Of a stretch of DNA of 64,000 nucleotides, positions 12,131-25,129 are shown in pieces. Within the stretch, counting starts at the first letter, position 1, and every line of letters begins with the position of its first letter. The translations under genes and the position numbers were made by a program. Origin of the DNA: Ginglymostoma cirratum (Eukaryota); the NCBI GenBank assembly GCA_024137785.1, contig JAHRHZ010000042.1, positions 23,284,682-23,348,681 of the forward strand, written 5' to 3'. Below the pieces are notes generated by a model. That model worked only from the letters and a program-made list of their open reading frames with translations. It searched no databases and was not told the origin of the DNA.

Positions 12131-15100
12131 CTAATACAGATTTGCTTCCCGAAAGTCCAAGAAGACATCTGTTTTTGTACGTGCGTGATTTATCTTCAGT
12201 ACTTTTTCTAATACAGTACAATGGGGAGGACTGTGTATTATGCCAGTCCAAATGTTTTGACAGAGAATAAAATTACCTTCACTTGTCCCTGAAACACAGT
12301 TTTGACTCTGTAAATGAAACATTTCCAAATTGAGGCACAACTTCTGGAGTTTTGCGCAAGCTTTGTGAGTAAATTGAAAATAAAGTAGTGGCAGGTAGCC
12401 TACCTTTGTGAGTTGTAGTAATCACCATGGTTCCCTGCCAGTCGTATTAATTTGAAATTATTGCAAATTATGGACAGGAAGCTAGTGCTCAACAACTGCT
12501 TATCTAAGGTCTCAGGGTGTAGTTTGCAGCCATTGTTAATTTTATGATTATTATGGGTAGACTCACTTTTTTAGCACTTCTCTAAGAACGTAAGATTTAT
12601 TCTGGTGTTGGCACAACATTGAGTTGAAAAAACAATTCCTCATTCGTCATCTCAAATTAATTTTAACATTCAATTAGATCACAGTTGATCTGTATTTTAA
12701 CTCCATCTACCTGCAGTTTGTTCATGTGCATAGGGGAATCACTGTGGTGATTCAGAGGCAGTGTGAGCAGGATGGACTAACCACACTTATAATTTAAGTT
12801 TAGATATCTCTGTTGCTGACTGAGGCATGAACCAGAGAATAGAACCATCTGTCTATTCAAGAAGAATGGGGTGGACGTCCATGAGATTCTCTTGCTTGTC
12901 CATCATAACTTCAGCTCAGGAGCTGTGCAGTGTAGAAGAGAATGACATAAAATCTTCTTCTGCCTCTTTTCCAGTTTTTCCCTGTTTCTTCCATTTATTT
13001 TTTGTTAGGATGGATTTTTTGTATTCACCCATGCTCAAAAAGCAATAAGTTAGCTTTGACAAGAATCACAGAATCGTTTTGGAGAAGCATCTTCCAAGGA
13101 TATTGAATAAAGAATTTGCTAACCAAAGTGCCTGCTCATAAATGGAGTCCTTATGGTTTTTTTGTTCTTGCATACCTCCTTGCTCAGTCAATTACAAAAT
13201 TGTTTTCTGTATCTGAATGAAAATCATCTGTGTAAACTGCAAACAAAAGTGACTTGACACTCAACTCTGGGACATTTACTAGAATTAGAAACTCTCATTT
13301 TAACATACATTATGTCCCAGGACCGCAAGTGAAAGATGACCACAGCTGTTGCAACAAGTTGTCCTGTGGAGGGAGTGTTCTTCCACAATGGCAGCCTTGT
13401 GGCTGCAGTTTCTTTTTTTATTTTTAAGTTGTTATAAAGTCTCTAGAAGCTATCCTAATCTCGTATTGGTTTATAGCTCAATAATTATGTCAGGTATCAC
13501 GAACCGATGCAACATAGACAAGTATACAAGAGTGTGCCTGACTTCAGAGTTCTGAATCCAAACAAATGTTCAGACAGTGGTGCGTGAGACTTTGTTCTTC
13601 TCCCAATGTATCTCACATGCCACAACATTGAATCAACATTTGGCACTGAGACACATAGGTATGAGGACAGGTCATCAATAACTGTATCACAGTGACCTGT
13701 GTTAAATGTGTTTAAGAAGAGGAGGATGAAGAGGTGGAGATAATTCGGAAGGAATTTCCAGGCCTTAGATCCAGATAATTGAAAACTCAACCTCCAATGG
13801 TAGGGCAATCAACACTGGATAAATAAGTGTTTATAATCGAAAGATCCCACAGTGTTAATGGACTTTGAAGAATTTGAAATAAAGAATATTCTGTGTGAAT
13901 TCAAGGCATTGGGAGCCAGTATTAGTCAACGGGTTTGTGGCTGAAGGGAATTTGTTGTAAATTAGGATATCACTGTTAAGTTGCTTTTAAGTGTTACTGA
14001 TGTGGACAATGCAACCAATAAGATAACATTGTCACTTAGAGTGTCAACGAATAACCAACAGAAAATGACATTTAATGCAAACAGTACATGAGAAGGTACA
14101 ATCCCTCAAAAGACATAATTGTTCCAAGCAATTAGCGAAATTCTTGAACGACAATGAATGCAATCAACAAACGTATCCTGAGTTCTGAGATTTTCACCTG
14201 CATATGTCACTGAATAAATATCTGCACTTCTTTTTTATTATTCCTTACTGAATCAATCTTTCTGTATCGAGAACAGGAGTATACAACTCTGTAAATTTGT
14301 TGTTATATTCCAGGTGATGCTTTCAGACTAAAGTTGTACCCTTTACATGAAAATTTGCAGTATTTGTTTTTTTAAGTCACTGATTGATAATTCCTTACAA
14401 TTTACCACAACATTTGCTAATTTTGTTGTGGTTTGTTGATTGTATGATTTTATTCTGGGTAAAGGGTTGGAACCAAAACACTACTATTTTCTCCCAAAGA
14501 TGTTGCCGAAGCTGCTGTTTATTTCCCATATTTGCTGTCTTTTTAAAATGTATTGCAGGGATGATTTCAGGTAATTAGCTGTATAGCGAAATAATTATAT
14601 ATATTGAGGTTTAAATAGAACCACGTGAGATTCGAAGATAAAGTTTTGAAGAGTGTTGTTAGCAAGTAGATAAGAAAAGCAAGTATATAACTATTATCAT
14701 TTAGAAAAATGAAAGGAGTTATAATTGAACCAATATCAGACTAACTAATACCTTTTGCTATGGATGATATGCAAAATTAATTTCATGATGGCCAATATCT
14801 TCCCATTGACTCTGCAGTGACAAGTTATCCCAGACCAGGTTCAGAGATAAACGCAAATACTAAATTGCTTTTATGTTTTTCTAGGTAGCAATGCTTTAAA
14901 TAAACTAGTTTGATATTGAGTGTGCTTGCTAATGATGAACTTCTCCATAAACAATTTGTTGCAAATGAAATTCTGAAGAAGGGTCACCCAATTCGAAACG
15001 TTAACTCTAATTTCTCTCCACATATGCTGCACAACCTGCTGAGCTTTTGCAGCAATGTTTGGTTTTGCTGTTGGTGCAAATGTTGCTGTATCCATAATGA

Positions 15101-15173
15101 ATGCTCCTCAGTACCATCATTCTTTAAAACATCAATGTCTTTCTACGTATTAGTTGAAATATAAATGCTTTAC

Positions 15174-15518
15174 CAGAAAGCTGTATCCTTGTTCCTTGCC
15201 CTCTTCTCTCCAATAGAGGGCAGACACTCAGTAGTCTTGCCACACAGATATTATAATTAGAATGATGAAAGGAAACATTTTCTATCTCCAGTGATGTGAC
15301 GCAGTGTCTGAAACCACCCAGAGTAACATCAGGAATACAAGTCAGCTTCTTCATTTCATAGGAGGTATAAATCATCCGTGGTGATTCCTAGTACCAGGAT
15401 ATACACACTCAGTCAGTGTCTGTTCCATTATAAATCCATGCACAGTTTATTGAGACTGACTCTCCTCTCAAGACACTGAGCAGACGCGGTTAAGTCACTT
15501 CTCCAACGAACTGGTGAC
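15174..15518 (-). pseudogene. Copy A VJ-type V-set exon with 3 in-frame stops
   Basis: ctgtcAG|GT...TCTG|GTAAAG, 345 nt. (G)HQFVGEVT*PRLLSVLRGESVSINCAW...TD*VCISWY*ESPR...LTCIPDVTLGGFRHCVTSLEIENVS...ICVARLLSVCPLLERRGQGTRIQLS. Confidence 0.9.
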
Positions 15519-16178
15519 CTGACAGAATACAGTTCATCATTTTCAGCTGGGTTCAGTTCTTCCAGAAGAAATCGGAAACTTTGAAAACACAACTCAGAAA
15601 AGGCTAAACTTGAAATATTTTTCCTGTTGGATTTAATGTACAAAGAACAATTAAATATAGCAGTCTTTTCTCAGATTTAATTCTAAATTTTGCAATAATT
15701 TGTTTCTTGGTTTTCTGCAATAGTATGTTTCTCCCACCATCCTGAATTTTTGTGTTAATATGAAACCATACTGATCAGGACATCACAATCAGAGTCTATT
15801 GGGAGATCCTTGTTTCCCGTTCTCTGAAGTTGTTGGTGTCAATTTGAACCATGTGCAAAAAGAGAATCACTTTTATCGAAGATCTAAAACAAAATTGTAA
15901 ATATTCTGAATCCTGTCAGTGTTAATAGAGTTCACAATCGATATAAAGTCTGTAGTGGAATGTAACTTTTCCACAGGAGGCTTAATCCAAACACCGTGAT
16001 GTGGGCCTTTGAACAGTGATCTCAATCAAATTATCCAAAGGACATGGTGATACCTCTCTTGCTCTCCCTGTAGTTCCACACTATGTAGAAAAGCTGAAAT
16101 ATTATAAAAGGAGGGAATTGAATACATACAATGCCAGTACCAAGTGAATGTACCAGTGTTCTGAGCAGAGCATCTCAC

Positions 16179-16227
16179 CTGGAACTGCTGTTTGCAAAGT
16201 GAAAAGCAGCTTCAGCAGTAGCTGCAT
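16179..16227 (-). pseudogene. Copy A leader (signal peptide) exon
   Basis: ATG...MQLLLKLLFTLQTAVP(G)|GTGAGA, 49 nt, phase 1, 660 bp upstream of the V exon. Confidence 0.8.
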
Positions 16228-16609
16228 CTTTCAGTGTTTTCGAATGTTCTGAAACTGTTTTCGGCTTCAGACATGAAGCAGGAAGAATGTTGTCTTTTGT
16301 GCGTTTGAGAGGTAATCTGCCTAGGGAATAATTTATATTTCAGCCTGAAACTGACAAAAGCTGCAAAATACCGTATATTTTAGTTGCTGCAAGGACTGAA
16401 GTTACGTGGGACTTTCTCTTCATGGGTTCTGTTAAAACTGATATGGTGACAAATACATTTGGAGAACATGAAGGGTCTGGGTTAAAAGGAACTACATTTT
16501 ATTGTGCTGCAGAGGAGTTGTGCTGGCTGTAAATGCTGCTGGGAATGACTTCAATTCCACTTTTATCGCTCCAATTTGAATTGTGTGTGTATTTTATTTT
16601 TAATTTTTT

Positions 16610-16958
16610 TAATGCATTCACTTGATGAGAGCGTCGCTGGCTAGGCAATATTTATTGCCCATCCCTAACTGCACTCTGGGCAATTAAGAGTCAACCACAT
16701 TGCTGTGGGTCTGGAACCATATGTAGGCCAGATCAGGTAAGGTTGGCAGTTTCCTTCCCTAAAGGACATTAGTGAACCAGATGGGTTTTTTCAACAAGCG
16801 ACAATGGATTCATGGTCATCATTTGACCCTTAATTCCAGATATTTATTGAATTCAAATTCCACCATCTGCCACGGCAGGATTCGAACCCACGTCCCCAGA
16901 ACATTATTTGAGTCTCTAGATTAACAGTCCAGTGATAATACCAGTAGGTCAGTGCCTA
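16610..16958 (-). mobile_element. tRNA-derived SINE with LINE-like tail
   Basis: B-box (GGTTCGAATCC on minus). Body shared with 37615-37960 and 30880-31065. Confidence 0.8.
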
Positions 16959-17002
16959 GTGTATGCGTGTATGCGTGTGTGAGACAGAGAGAGAGAGAGA
17001 GA
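16959..17002. repeat. (GT)-like/(GA)n microsatellite
   Basis: gtatgcgtgtatgcgtgtgt followed by gagagagaga. Confidence 0.8.
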
Positions 17003-17039
17003 CAAGATCTAGAAACATGTTTTATAGCGAAGCAAATTT

Positions 17040-18650
17040 ATTGTCTTTGACAACAACAATATGATTGTCCACCTTAGAAATTGTGAGTCAATGGTCACGT
17101 GTTCTGTGGGTCCTTTTGTAACTGATGAGCCTGATCCTGGATTCACATCTCCTCCAGTAAACTCGGCAGGTGTTTCCAAGAGGCGGAATTGGTCCTTGGC
17201 CTTGAGATCATTGGGATTCCTTTCTCTGGTTTTACCTCATCTTGCCAACAGGTGTTCTCAACAAACTGTGTTCCTTCATGTAGGAGCATCTTCTAAGTTA
17301 GTTTCTTCTGAACAGGGTGTCCCATATAATGACATCTATCTTGCATTTCTTGAGGAAAACCTTCAGGGCGTCTTCGAAACACTCCCTTTGTCCTTCTCTT
17401 GTTCAAGCACCTTTCTTCAGCTGGGAAAAGAAGATTTGCTTTGACAGTCGGACATCAAGCGTCCTAAGCACATAGTTGGCCCAGTGGAGTTGGTTTCAGA
17501 TGACTATGGCCTTGATGCTGGTGCTATTACCTGCTTCAAAGATGCTGATGTTAGATCCTCTGTCCTCGCAACTGATGTGGAGGATCCAACCCAAACAATG
17601 TTGATGGTAGTTCTGAATGAATTGAGTTGGTGACTTTTGTTAGTCTGAGTTTTGGAGCCATGTTAAAGAATTGAAAGGATGACTGTCTTATCTGTAGGGA
17701 GCTTTGTATCGGAATTAGATGTCACTGTCATTGATGGCTCTCATTCTTAGGTGTCCAAAGTTGGTGCTTGTGGACTGTGTGGGAAGGTGAATCTCCTCAT
17801 TGATGTCAGCCTTAGATAAGAGGTATTTCCCAGATAAGGAAAATGGTCAATATTTAGAACAATTTCTCTGTTGTTTTTAATGAAGGAATAAACCAGGACT
17901 TGCCCTGGGATGGTTTGACAAAGGACTTGACTCTTTTTGAGTTTGAGGCTTACATCATTTCTTCAGTGTGATTCCGCAAAGATATTAAGTGAGAATTGGA
18001 GATTCTGTTCCAAGAGAGCAGCGATGATGTCCTCTGCGTACTGAAGTTCTATAGGCAATGTTGGTGTCATGTTCTTCTTGGATTTCAACTAGTTTACGTT
18101 GAAAATAGACAATGTCCACATCACTAGCAACCTTGTTCTTGACAATGTGAAGAATGGTGTTAATGAAGATGGAAAAATGGTGACGGTAAGGACACATCCC
18201 TGTTTGTCTTCTGTATTGACCTCACAGGATTGTGTCATATTACCATCGCTAAGTGTCATCACTGATGTCTTGTCAGGAAGGAGGAGGACATTGATGAATA
18301 TCATTGGACTGCTGGCTTTGACAGAGTCTTTCATTGTACTTCCCAATTGACTGAGTCAAAAGCCTTGGTCAGATCCATAAAGGTCACGTAGAGTGGTCGG
18401 TGTTGTTCCTTGTTTCTCTTGGAATTGACGCGTGTCCATAGTTCCACAGCTTGGTCAGAAGCCACACTACCTTTCCAGAAGGATTTCCTCAGAGAGTGAG
18501 AGAAGGTGTCTAGCAATGATTTGGATGATGATCTTCCCAATGATGGAAAATAGGGAAAGTTTTCAATATTTTGCATAGTCCATTTTGTCTCCTTTCTTGA
18601 AGATGGTGGAGGCAGCTTCCCTGAGATTGGCAAGATGATGAATTACTATT
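17040..18650 (-). mobile_element. RTE-clade LINE, degenerate RT and C-terminus
   Basis: LYVTFMDLTKAFDSVN and DKQGCVL RT motifs on the minus strand, with frameshifts. Confidence 0.8.
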
Positions 18651-19197
18651 CTTCTCATGAATGTAGGTTTTTTTTTACCTATAAACGTCTTTACAAAAAA
18701 AACCTGCTTGAACTGTATCAGTTAAATTGCTCAGTATAATTCTCTTTTTTCTCTTACATGCCTTCCTCTAGCCCCAACATCTTCCGAAGCCAATGATTAA
18801 GATTATATTGAACCTGCAAAGACTCAGACCAGGTTGTGTACAGCTACACAATGAAGTTACACTTATTGGACCCTTTGTACACTCATTGGACTCTCGGTAA
18901 AAACTTTGATGTTTGTTTAGGCCCCTCACTATCAGGTGGTTCATTTTCAAATTTATCAGGTAGGAGCATCAGTTTTCTCATAACATTGAGAACAGCCCAA
19001 ATTTCTCACTATAATTCAAAAGTGTGGCTTCTCACCTGCTTCTTGTTAGGCTGTTAGAGATGCCTTTCAGCTGTGATTTTCAAATATTTGCTTTTAGTGC
19101 ACTTGGAGTCAGATTGTGAGCTAACTTTTTACTTTGTCACATTGAGATCAATGCACATCTGAAACTGTATCACTGGCAAAATTTCAATATTACTGCA

Positions 19198-20609
19198 TAA
19201 ATAAAAACCAAAAGCACTGTGAATGCAGTTCTCGTCCAGAATTGGAAAAGATCATCAATGTTGCTTCCAATTTCCACCCTGCTCTCACTTTCACCTCGTC
19301 TATCTCTGACTCCTCTTTTCCCTTCTTCGACATCTCTGCTTCCATTTCTGGGGAACCGGCCACTAATAGCCACTATAAACCCACTGACTCCCACAGCTAC
19401 CTGAACTATACATCCTCACACCCTGCTTCCTGTAAAGATTCCATCCCATTCTCTCAGTTCCTCCATCTCTGTCGTACATATTCAGATGAGGCCAACTTCG
19501 ACGAGGGATCCTCCGAAATGTCTACCCGCTTCCTCAACCGAGGATTCCCCAGCACCATTGTCGACAGGGCCCTCAACCAGGTCCGACCCATCTCCCACAC
19601 TTCCACCCTCACCCCTTCTCTTCCCTCCCGCAACAGCGATAGGGTTTCCCATGTCCTTATCTTCTATCCCACCAGCATACACGACCAGAAGATTATCAGA
19701 TGCCATTTCTGTCACCTCCAGCGAGGTGCCACCATCAGACACATATTCCCCTCCCCTCCCTTGTCCACATTCTGCAGGGACTGTTCCCTCCAGGATACCC
19801 TGGTCCATAATTCATTCAACCCCAGCACCCCGCCACAGACCAGCGGCATCTTCCCCTGTAACCGGCCAAGGTGCAACACCTGCCCATTTACCTCCACCCT
19901 CCCCACTATCCAAGGTCCCAAATATACCTTCCGGGTGAACCAATACTTCACCTGAACTTCCCACAATCTAGTCTACTGCATTTGCTGCTCACAATGTGGT
20001 CTCCTCTGTACTGGGGAAACGAAGCATTGACTGGGTGACTGCTTTGCAGAACATCTACGTTCTGCTCGCAAAAAAGACCCTGAGCTACCTGCTGCCCGAC
20101 ACTTAAACATTGTTCCCTGGTCAACATCTCTGTCTTTGGCTTGCTGCAGTATTCCATTGAAGATGAACGCAAGCTGGAAGAACAACACTTCATTTTCCAC
20201 TTGGAGACCCTGCACCCCTCAGGGCTCAATATTGAGTTCAATAATTTTAGGGCCTAAACTCTCCCATGTTCTAGTCCCCTATCTCACACACCAGGTCTTG
20301 TTACCACATAGCCTGCCATTACACACGACCTGGTGTTAGTCACTAACAGTCCCCATTAACAACTATTCACCATCCCAGACAGATTGTTAACAACTCCTTT
20401 GTCTGTCCAACTGTTCTTCTCTCACTTTGGGCTCTATCCTATTGTTTACTCCCTACCCCACCCACCTCCCTATTTTCTGCATATAAACTGACGTTTTCCC
20501 AGCCATAATCAGTTCTGAGGAAGGGTCACCAGACCCGAAATGTTAACTCTGATTTTTTCTTCACATTTGCTGCCAGACCTGCTGAGCTTTTCCTGCAGCT
20601 TCAGTTTTG
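19198..20609 (+). mobile_element. Penelope-like element (RT thumb, GIY-YIG endonuclease, pseudo-LTR), 5'-truncated
   Basis: FHPALTFT...HYKPTDSHSYL..SSHP..CKDSIPFSQ, then NLVYCICCSQCGL..GETK. 16-bp TSD TTTCAATATTACTGCA at 19182-19197 and 20610-20625. Hammerhead-like core at 20515-20544. Confidence 0.92.
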
Positions 20610-20832
20610 TTTCAATATTACTGCAGCTTAACAATATGACTGTAGGCACTTTCCCTATGTGGGCTATCAGATCTCCGCCTGCATAACTGCAATATCATAA
20701 AATTAAGTTTCTGATAAGGTGATGGAGCTAAATTGTGAAGTTCTGTTTCAGTTTAAATGCATCATTAACTAGATCTGTATTTCACTAACATTTTATAAAT
20801 GAAACAGCTAGATGAAAATGACCAAATAATCC

Positions 20833-20935
20833 ATTCTGAGGAAGGTCACTGGACCCAAAACGTTAACTCTGATTTCTCTTCACACATGCTTCCAGACCTG
20901 CTGAACTTTTCCAGCAAGTTTTGTTTTTGTTTCAA
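20833..20935 (+). mobile_element. Penelope pseudo-LTR fragment
   Basis: Near copy of 20513-20610. Confidence 0.8.
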
Positions 20936-21000
20936 ATAATATGCTTTGTTTGTGATGATGATTGAAGAACAAACATTTGTCAGGTCACCGTGGATATATC

Positions 21001-21263
21001 GGGATAACAAAGTGCGGGGCTGGATGAACACAGCAGGACAAGCAGCATCATAGGAGCAGGAAAGCTTGACGTTTCGGGCCTAGACCCTTCATCAGATGAT
21101 TGATAATTTGATAATTCATCAGATGAAGGATCTAGGCCCGAAACATCAAGCTTTCCTGCTCCTGTGATGCTGCTTGACCTGCTGTGTTCATCCAGCCCCA
21201 CACCTCGTTATCTCAGATTCTCCAGCATCTGCAGTACCTTTATCTCTGATACAATTTTAACTC
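21001..21263. mobile_element. Penelope-derived fold-back element
   Basis: ~95-bp inverted repeats; 15-bp TSD CACCGTGGATATATC at 20986-21000 and 21264-21278. Confidence 0.9.
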
Positions 21264-24200
21264 CACCGTGGATATATCCCCTGCTCTTCTTCAAAATAGT
21301 GAGCAGAACTTTTATATCCATGGAACCGGCTATATAGAATCTCAATTTAACATCTTATTTTATGAATTAACTGGGAAGTATGCATCAATAATCAATCCCT
21401 CCTAGTCTACAGGTGTCACCAAAGTGTAAATAGCCAATTTAAAAAGCTAAGATGGTCACTTTGCTGGATTTACTACTATTCGTGACAAAAGCAGTTCACA
21501 CCATTAACATGAAAATAAAGCTATTTATTGTAAACCAGCTTATTCCTCAACAAATTAAACAATATAATTTCTAATCTACCACTATGAGTCTTAAACTGCA
21601 CCATTTAAAACACCAAATGCACACATATTCATCTCTACATAATGTAGCCAAAAGCAGATGGTTTGACACAAATATTATGGAAACCTGATGGCAGAAGAAT
21701 CAGGATTCTAAATATCAAAAGTCCAGAGAATAATGTGAACAGTTATTTCTCACAATTCCTTTGAAGTTTGGAATGATAATGTGCTGTGGCCTGGAGAGTG
21801 ATCACCATTCTTCGATTTGATAATTATCAGTTGGAGCCAGGACATTTCTCACAATAGAATTCTTTCTTTTACACTTCCTGGTTTTGTTATCTTTTCACTC
21901 ACATGGATAAAGGAAGAGGGATGTTTTCAATTTGCCAGGCTTGGATGTCTCTGGCTGTACTCAACTGCAGTTTGACTAATCCGAGGGCTGTCAGCAAAGC
22001 ATTTGTCCTGAACTCAAAATCTCCTGAAGGCACACTGGCCCAATAATGTAACAATCCTACTGCTCCAAAAGCAACATTATCTCCTAAGCTAAAAATATTC
22101 ACCACTTGATTTTTCAAGTTACAAAATTCTCTCGTTATCTTAGCTAGGTAGCAATGTCTGATTTCCATTCCAATTTATAGTCTAAAAAGGAGGAGTAAGT
22201 ATTTCCTCATTCTCATGCGAAAGACTAGAACTCTAACAGAGCAACATTCATTGCACTGAGGCATCAGATGCTTGAATTGGTACATGAATCTAGAGGCAAA
22301 AGTGTGCCCAGCTGAGCTGATATGCTGCATCCAGGTGTGAAATATCAGATCCCACAATTCCATTCATTCATCCTCAATAGGTATAGATTTGTAAATTTAA
22401 TATAATATAGATATTTTAGCCCCAGACAGAAAATTGAATGTTGAACACATTTATTTATATACATTCTACATTATTCTGAAAGTTCCACTGTGTGTTTTGA
22501 TGGAAAAGGTTTACCATATACCACTGAAAATTATCTCTCCCATCGACTAAAATAGCTTTAGATTCATTCAAATGTTTGTGTCTGATCAGCCATGACTTAA
22601 TGAATGATGGAGCAGACATGAAGTGCTGAATGGTTTTGTCCTGTTCATTTTCCAAGAAGCCTTCATGCCAGCTGATAACATTTTGGTTGATCACAATAGA
22701 GCCACTATAGACACAAGGCTTGTGACTGACCAAAACGGAAAATGCTCTTTTAGAAAGGCACCAATCACATTGAGAGACTTAGTCAACAAACTGCACATGA
22801 AGCCAAAACATTGGAAGGAGTGCAAAACATTCCAAAGAACCTATCTACTTAACCCTTAATGAATCATATTTGACAGAGTCAAATTGAAATAATCTGCCAT
22901 CTCAGAATCCATTGAATCAGAATGGAAGCAAACCATCCTTGATCCAGAGAAACTACCTCAAAAGAGTTGAAATCAATAGTCTGTTTCATTCTTTAAAATA
23001 CCGGCTATGAACCACCAAAAGGAAGTTGCCACTGATAATTACTAGAAAAATATTAAAGCTGCAGAAGATTACTGGAGGTGTTTCTGCTGCAGAAGTAACA
23101 TTGTTTTGTGCACTGAAATCAGAAATAAGTTGTTAACTTCCCATTCTACAGTGTTCAGCTCTGTACCAATACCTTTAATAATGAATTACCCCACTTACCT
23201 TAAGCAGGAATAAGGAAAATGCTGCAGATACTATAAACACAAAAAAATGCTGGAAAATTCCACAAAATCAGGCAACATTGTGGCGAGAACCAGAGCTAAT
23301 GATCAAGAGCATTAGATTCTGTTCTGACGAAGAATTATTGACTTGAAATTTTGGTCGGAGTTTTGTTGAGTAACTGGGAGTCTCTCTAACTTGCTAGCAA
23401 GCTTGTTATTCAGTAAGATCTTAGCTGATCTGCCCCAGGTTTCAACTCCTCATTCATGCCAGTTCCTCATATTGTTATATTACATTATTCTCATAAGTAT
23501 TTCAAAAATCTATCTACATTCTTTTTAAGTATTTTCAGTGATCTAGCCTCCACAACTCTCTGTGGAAGAGAATTCAATCATTTACTACCCTCACAGCAAT
23601 AAAATTTCTTTGTCTCAATTTCCTTATTCTGTATCTTTTTCCCATGGTTTAAGACTCCCCTACAAGTGAAACCAACTTTTCAACATTTACTTCTGCTTCT
23701 CTTTTTTATGTTTCTGTTCTGCAGGATAAATATGATCATTAAAAATAAGGCAGGCAGTTACAAAAGTACATGGAATTTTGTAAATAGTGGCATAGAGAAA
23801 CAAAAACAACAAAATTACAAACCTTTAGAAAACACTAGTTCAGCCTCAAGTAAAGTATGTTTTATGTTCTCATGTAATGTTTCGGATAGTTTAAACTAAA
23901 GTGTAGGGGAATGGGAACTTTTTCAGGGAGACAGAAGAGAGGGATGTCAATCCACTGGGCTGCTTCTGTTCTGTTTATGTCAAGCTTGGTGAATGATCTT
24001 GGAGTTGAACTCAAGCAGAGAATACAAAGTAGCCTATTTCATTCCTGGCTTTTTGCTTGTAGATGAGGGATTGACTTTGGGGAGACGTAAAGTATGTCAC
24101 TCATTGCAGAATTCGTGGATTTTGACCAGTTCATGTGAACGCAGTACTTATATTGCTGATCCAGTTTCTGGTCAATAGTAACCCATAGCATGATAACGAG

Positions 24201-24681
24201 TGAAATCAGTGATGGTTAAATGTCATGGGGTGATAGTTAGAGTCTCTTTTGTTAGATTGTTGATCGGTAGGAGAATCAAAGGTTACAGGGAAAGGGTGGG
24301 AAGTGGCTGTGAGGAATGTCAGATCAGCCATGATCTTATTGAATGACTGATCAGGCTTGAGGGGCCGAATGGCCTATTCCTGCTCCTCTTCGGTCTAATA
24401 GATGCTGGAGGTCTGAATCCAAAACAGAAACTGCTGGAGAAATAAGTATATTTGTCAGTATTTATGGAGAGTAAACAAAGTTGGTGTTTGGTGTCTCATG
24501 ACTTTTCTTTAGAGAAGAAAGCCCGAAGAATTTGCCTCACCCTTTGGAGGGTTAGTGCAGACTCAATGGGCCAAATGGCATCTTTCTGCACTATAGGAAT
24601 TTTGTGATTCTGAACCAGTACAGCCCAGTGTTGTACAAAGCAAAACAAAGGAGTCCTCACTCTCACCATCCCAGAATCTGA

Positions 24682-24808
24682 ACTAAAGAAGGGTCTGGAC
24701 CTGAAACGTCAGCTTTCCTGCTCCTCTGATGTTGCATGGCCTGCTGTGTTCATCCAGCTCTACACCTTCTTATCTCAGATTCTCCAGCATTGACAGTTCC
24801 TACTATCT
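24682..24808 (+). mobile_element. Penelope-derived short element just upstream of the copy B C1 exon
   Basis: TSD CAGAATCTGA at 24672-24681 and 24809-24818. Confidence 0.85.
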
Positions 24809-24827
24809 CAGAATCTGATCTGCTCAG

Positions 24828-25129
24828 TTCAACGAGGGGACCTGGTATTTCCATTGTGGATGGTGCTTTGGTTACTGGATGTAAGTCTATGCTGACCTGC
24901 CCTGACCAGGGAGTGTACTCTGAGAATATCTCCTTTAATTGGATCTATGTTTGAGCAAACATCATCAGAAACATCACTTCCCCATCCTTTACTGTTAATG
25001 GCAAATCAGTTGCCAACAGCAAACTTGAGATTATCCCTCAAGTAACCCACCATAGCACTGTCTGTGCATTTCAAAAAAAAAGTGACTTTCAAACAACTAA
25101 CAATATGTGAGATCAAACGACATGCTATG
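24828..25129 (+). pseudogene. Copy B C1-type exon
   Basis: GISIVDGALVTGCKSMLTCPDQGVYSENISFNWIYV*...SKLEIIPQVTHHST. One stop plus a frameshift in the poly-A run. Confidence 0.85.

Larger units (their letters stand above)
5409..16227 (-). pseudogene. IgSF receptor copy A pseudogene (L-VJ-C1-I-TM)
   Basis: Five exons colinear with and homologous to copy C. In-frame stops in the V and TM exons; degenerate C1 exon. Confidence 0.88.

Noticed and set aside
22455-23000. Short ORFs as the missing V exon of copy B
   Set aside because: No Ig Cys/Trp pattern and no similarity to the copy A or C V domains.
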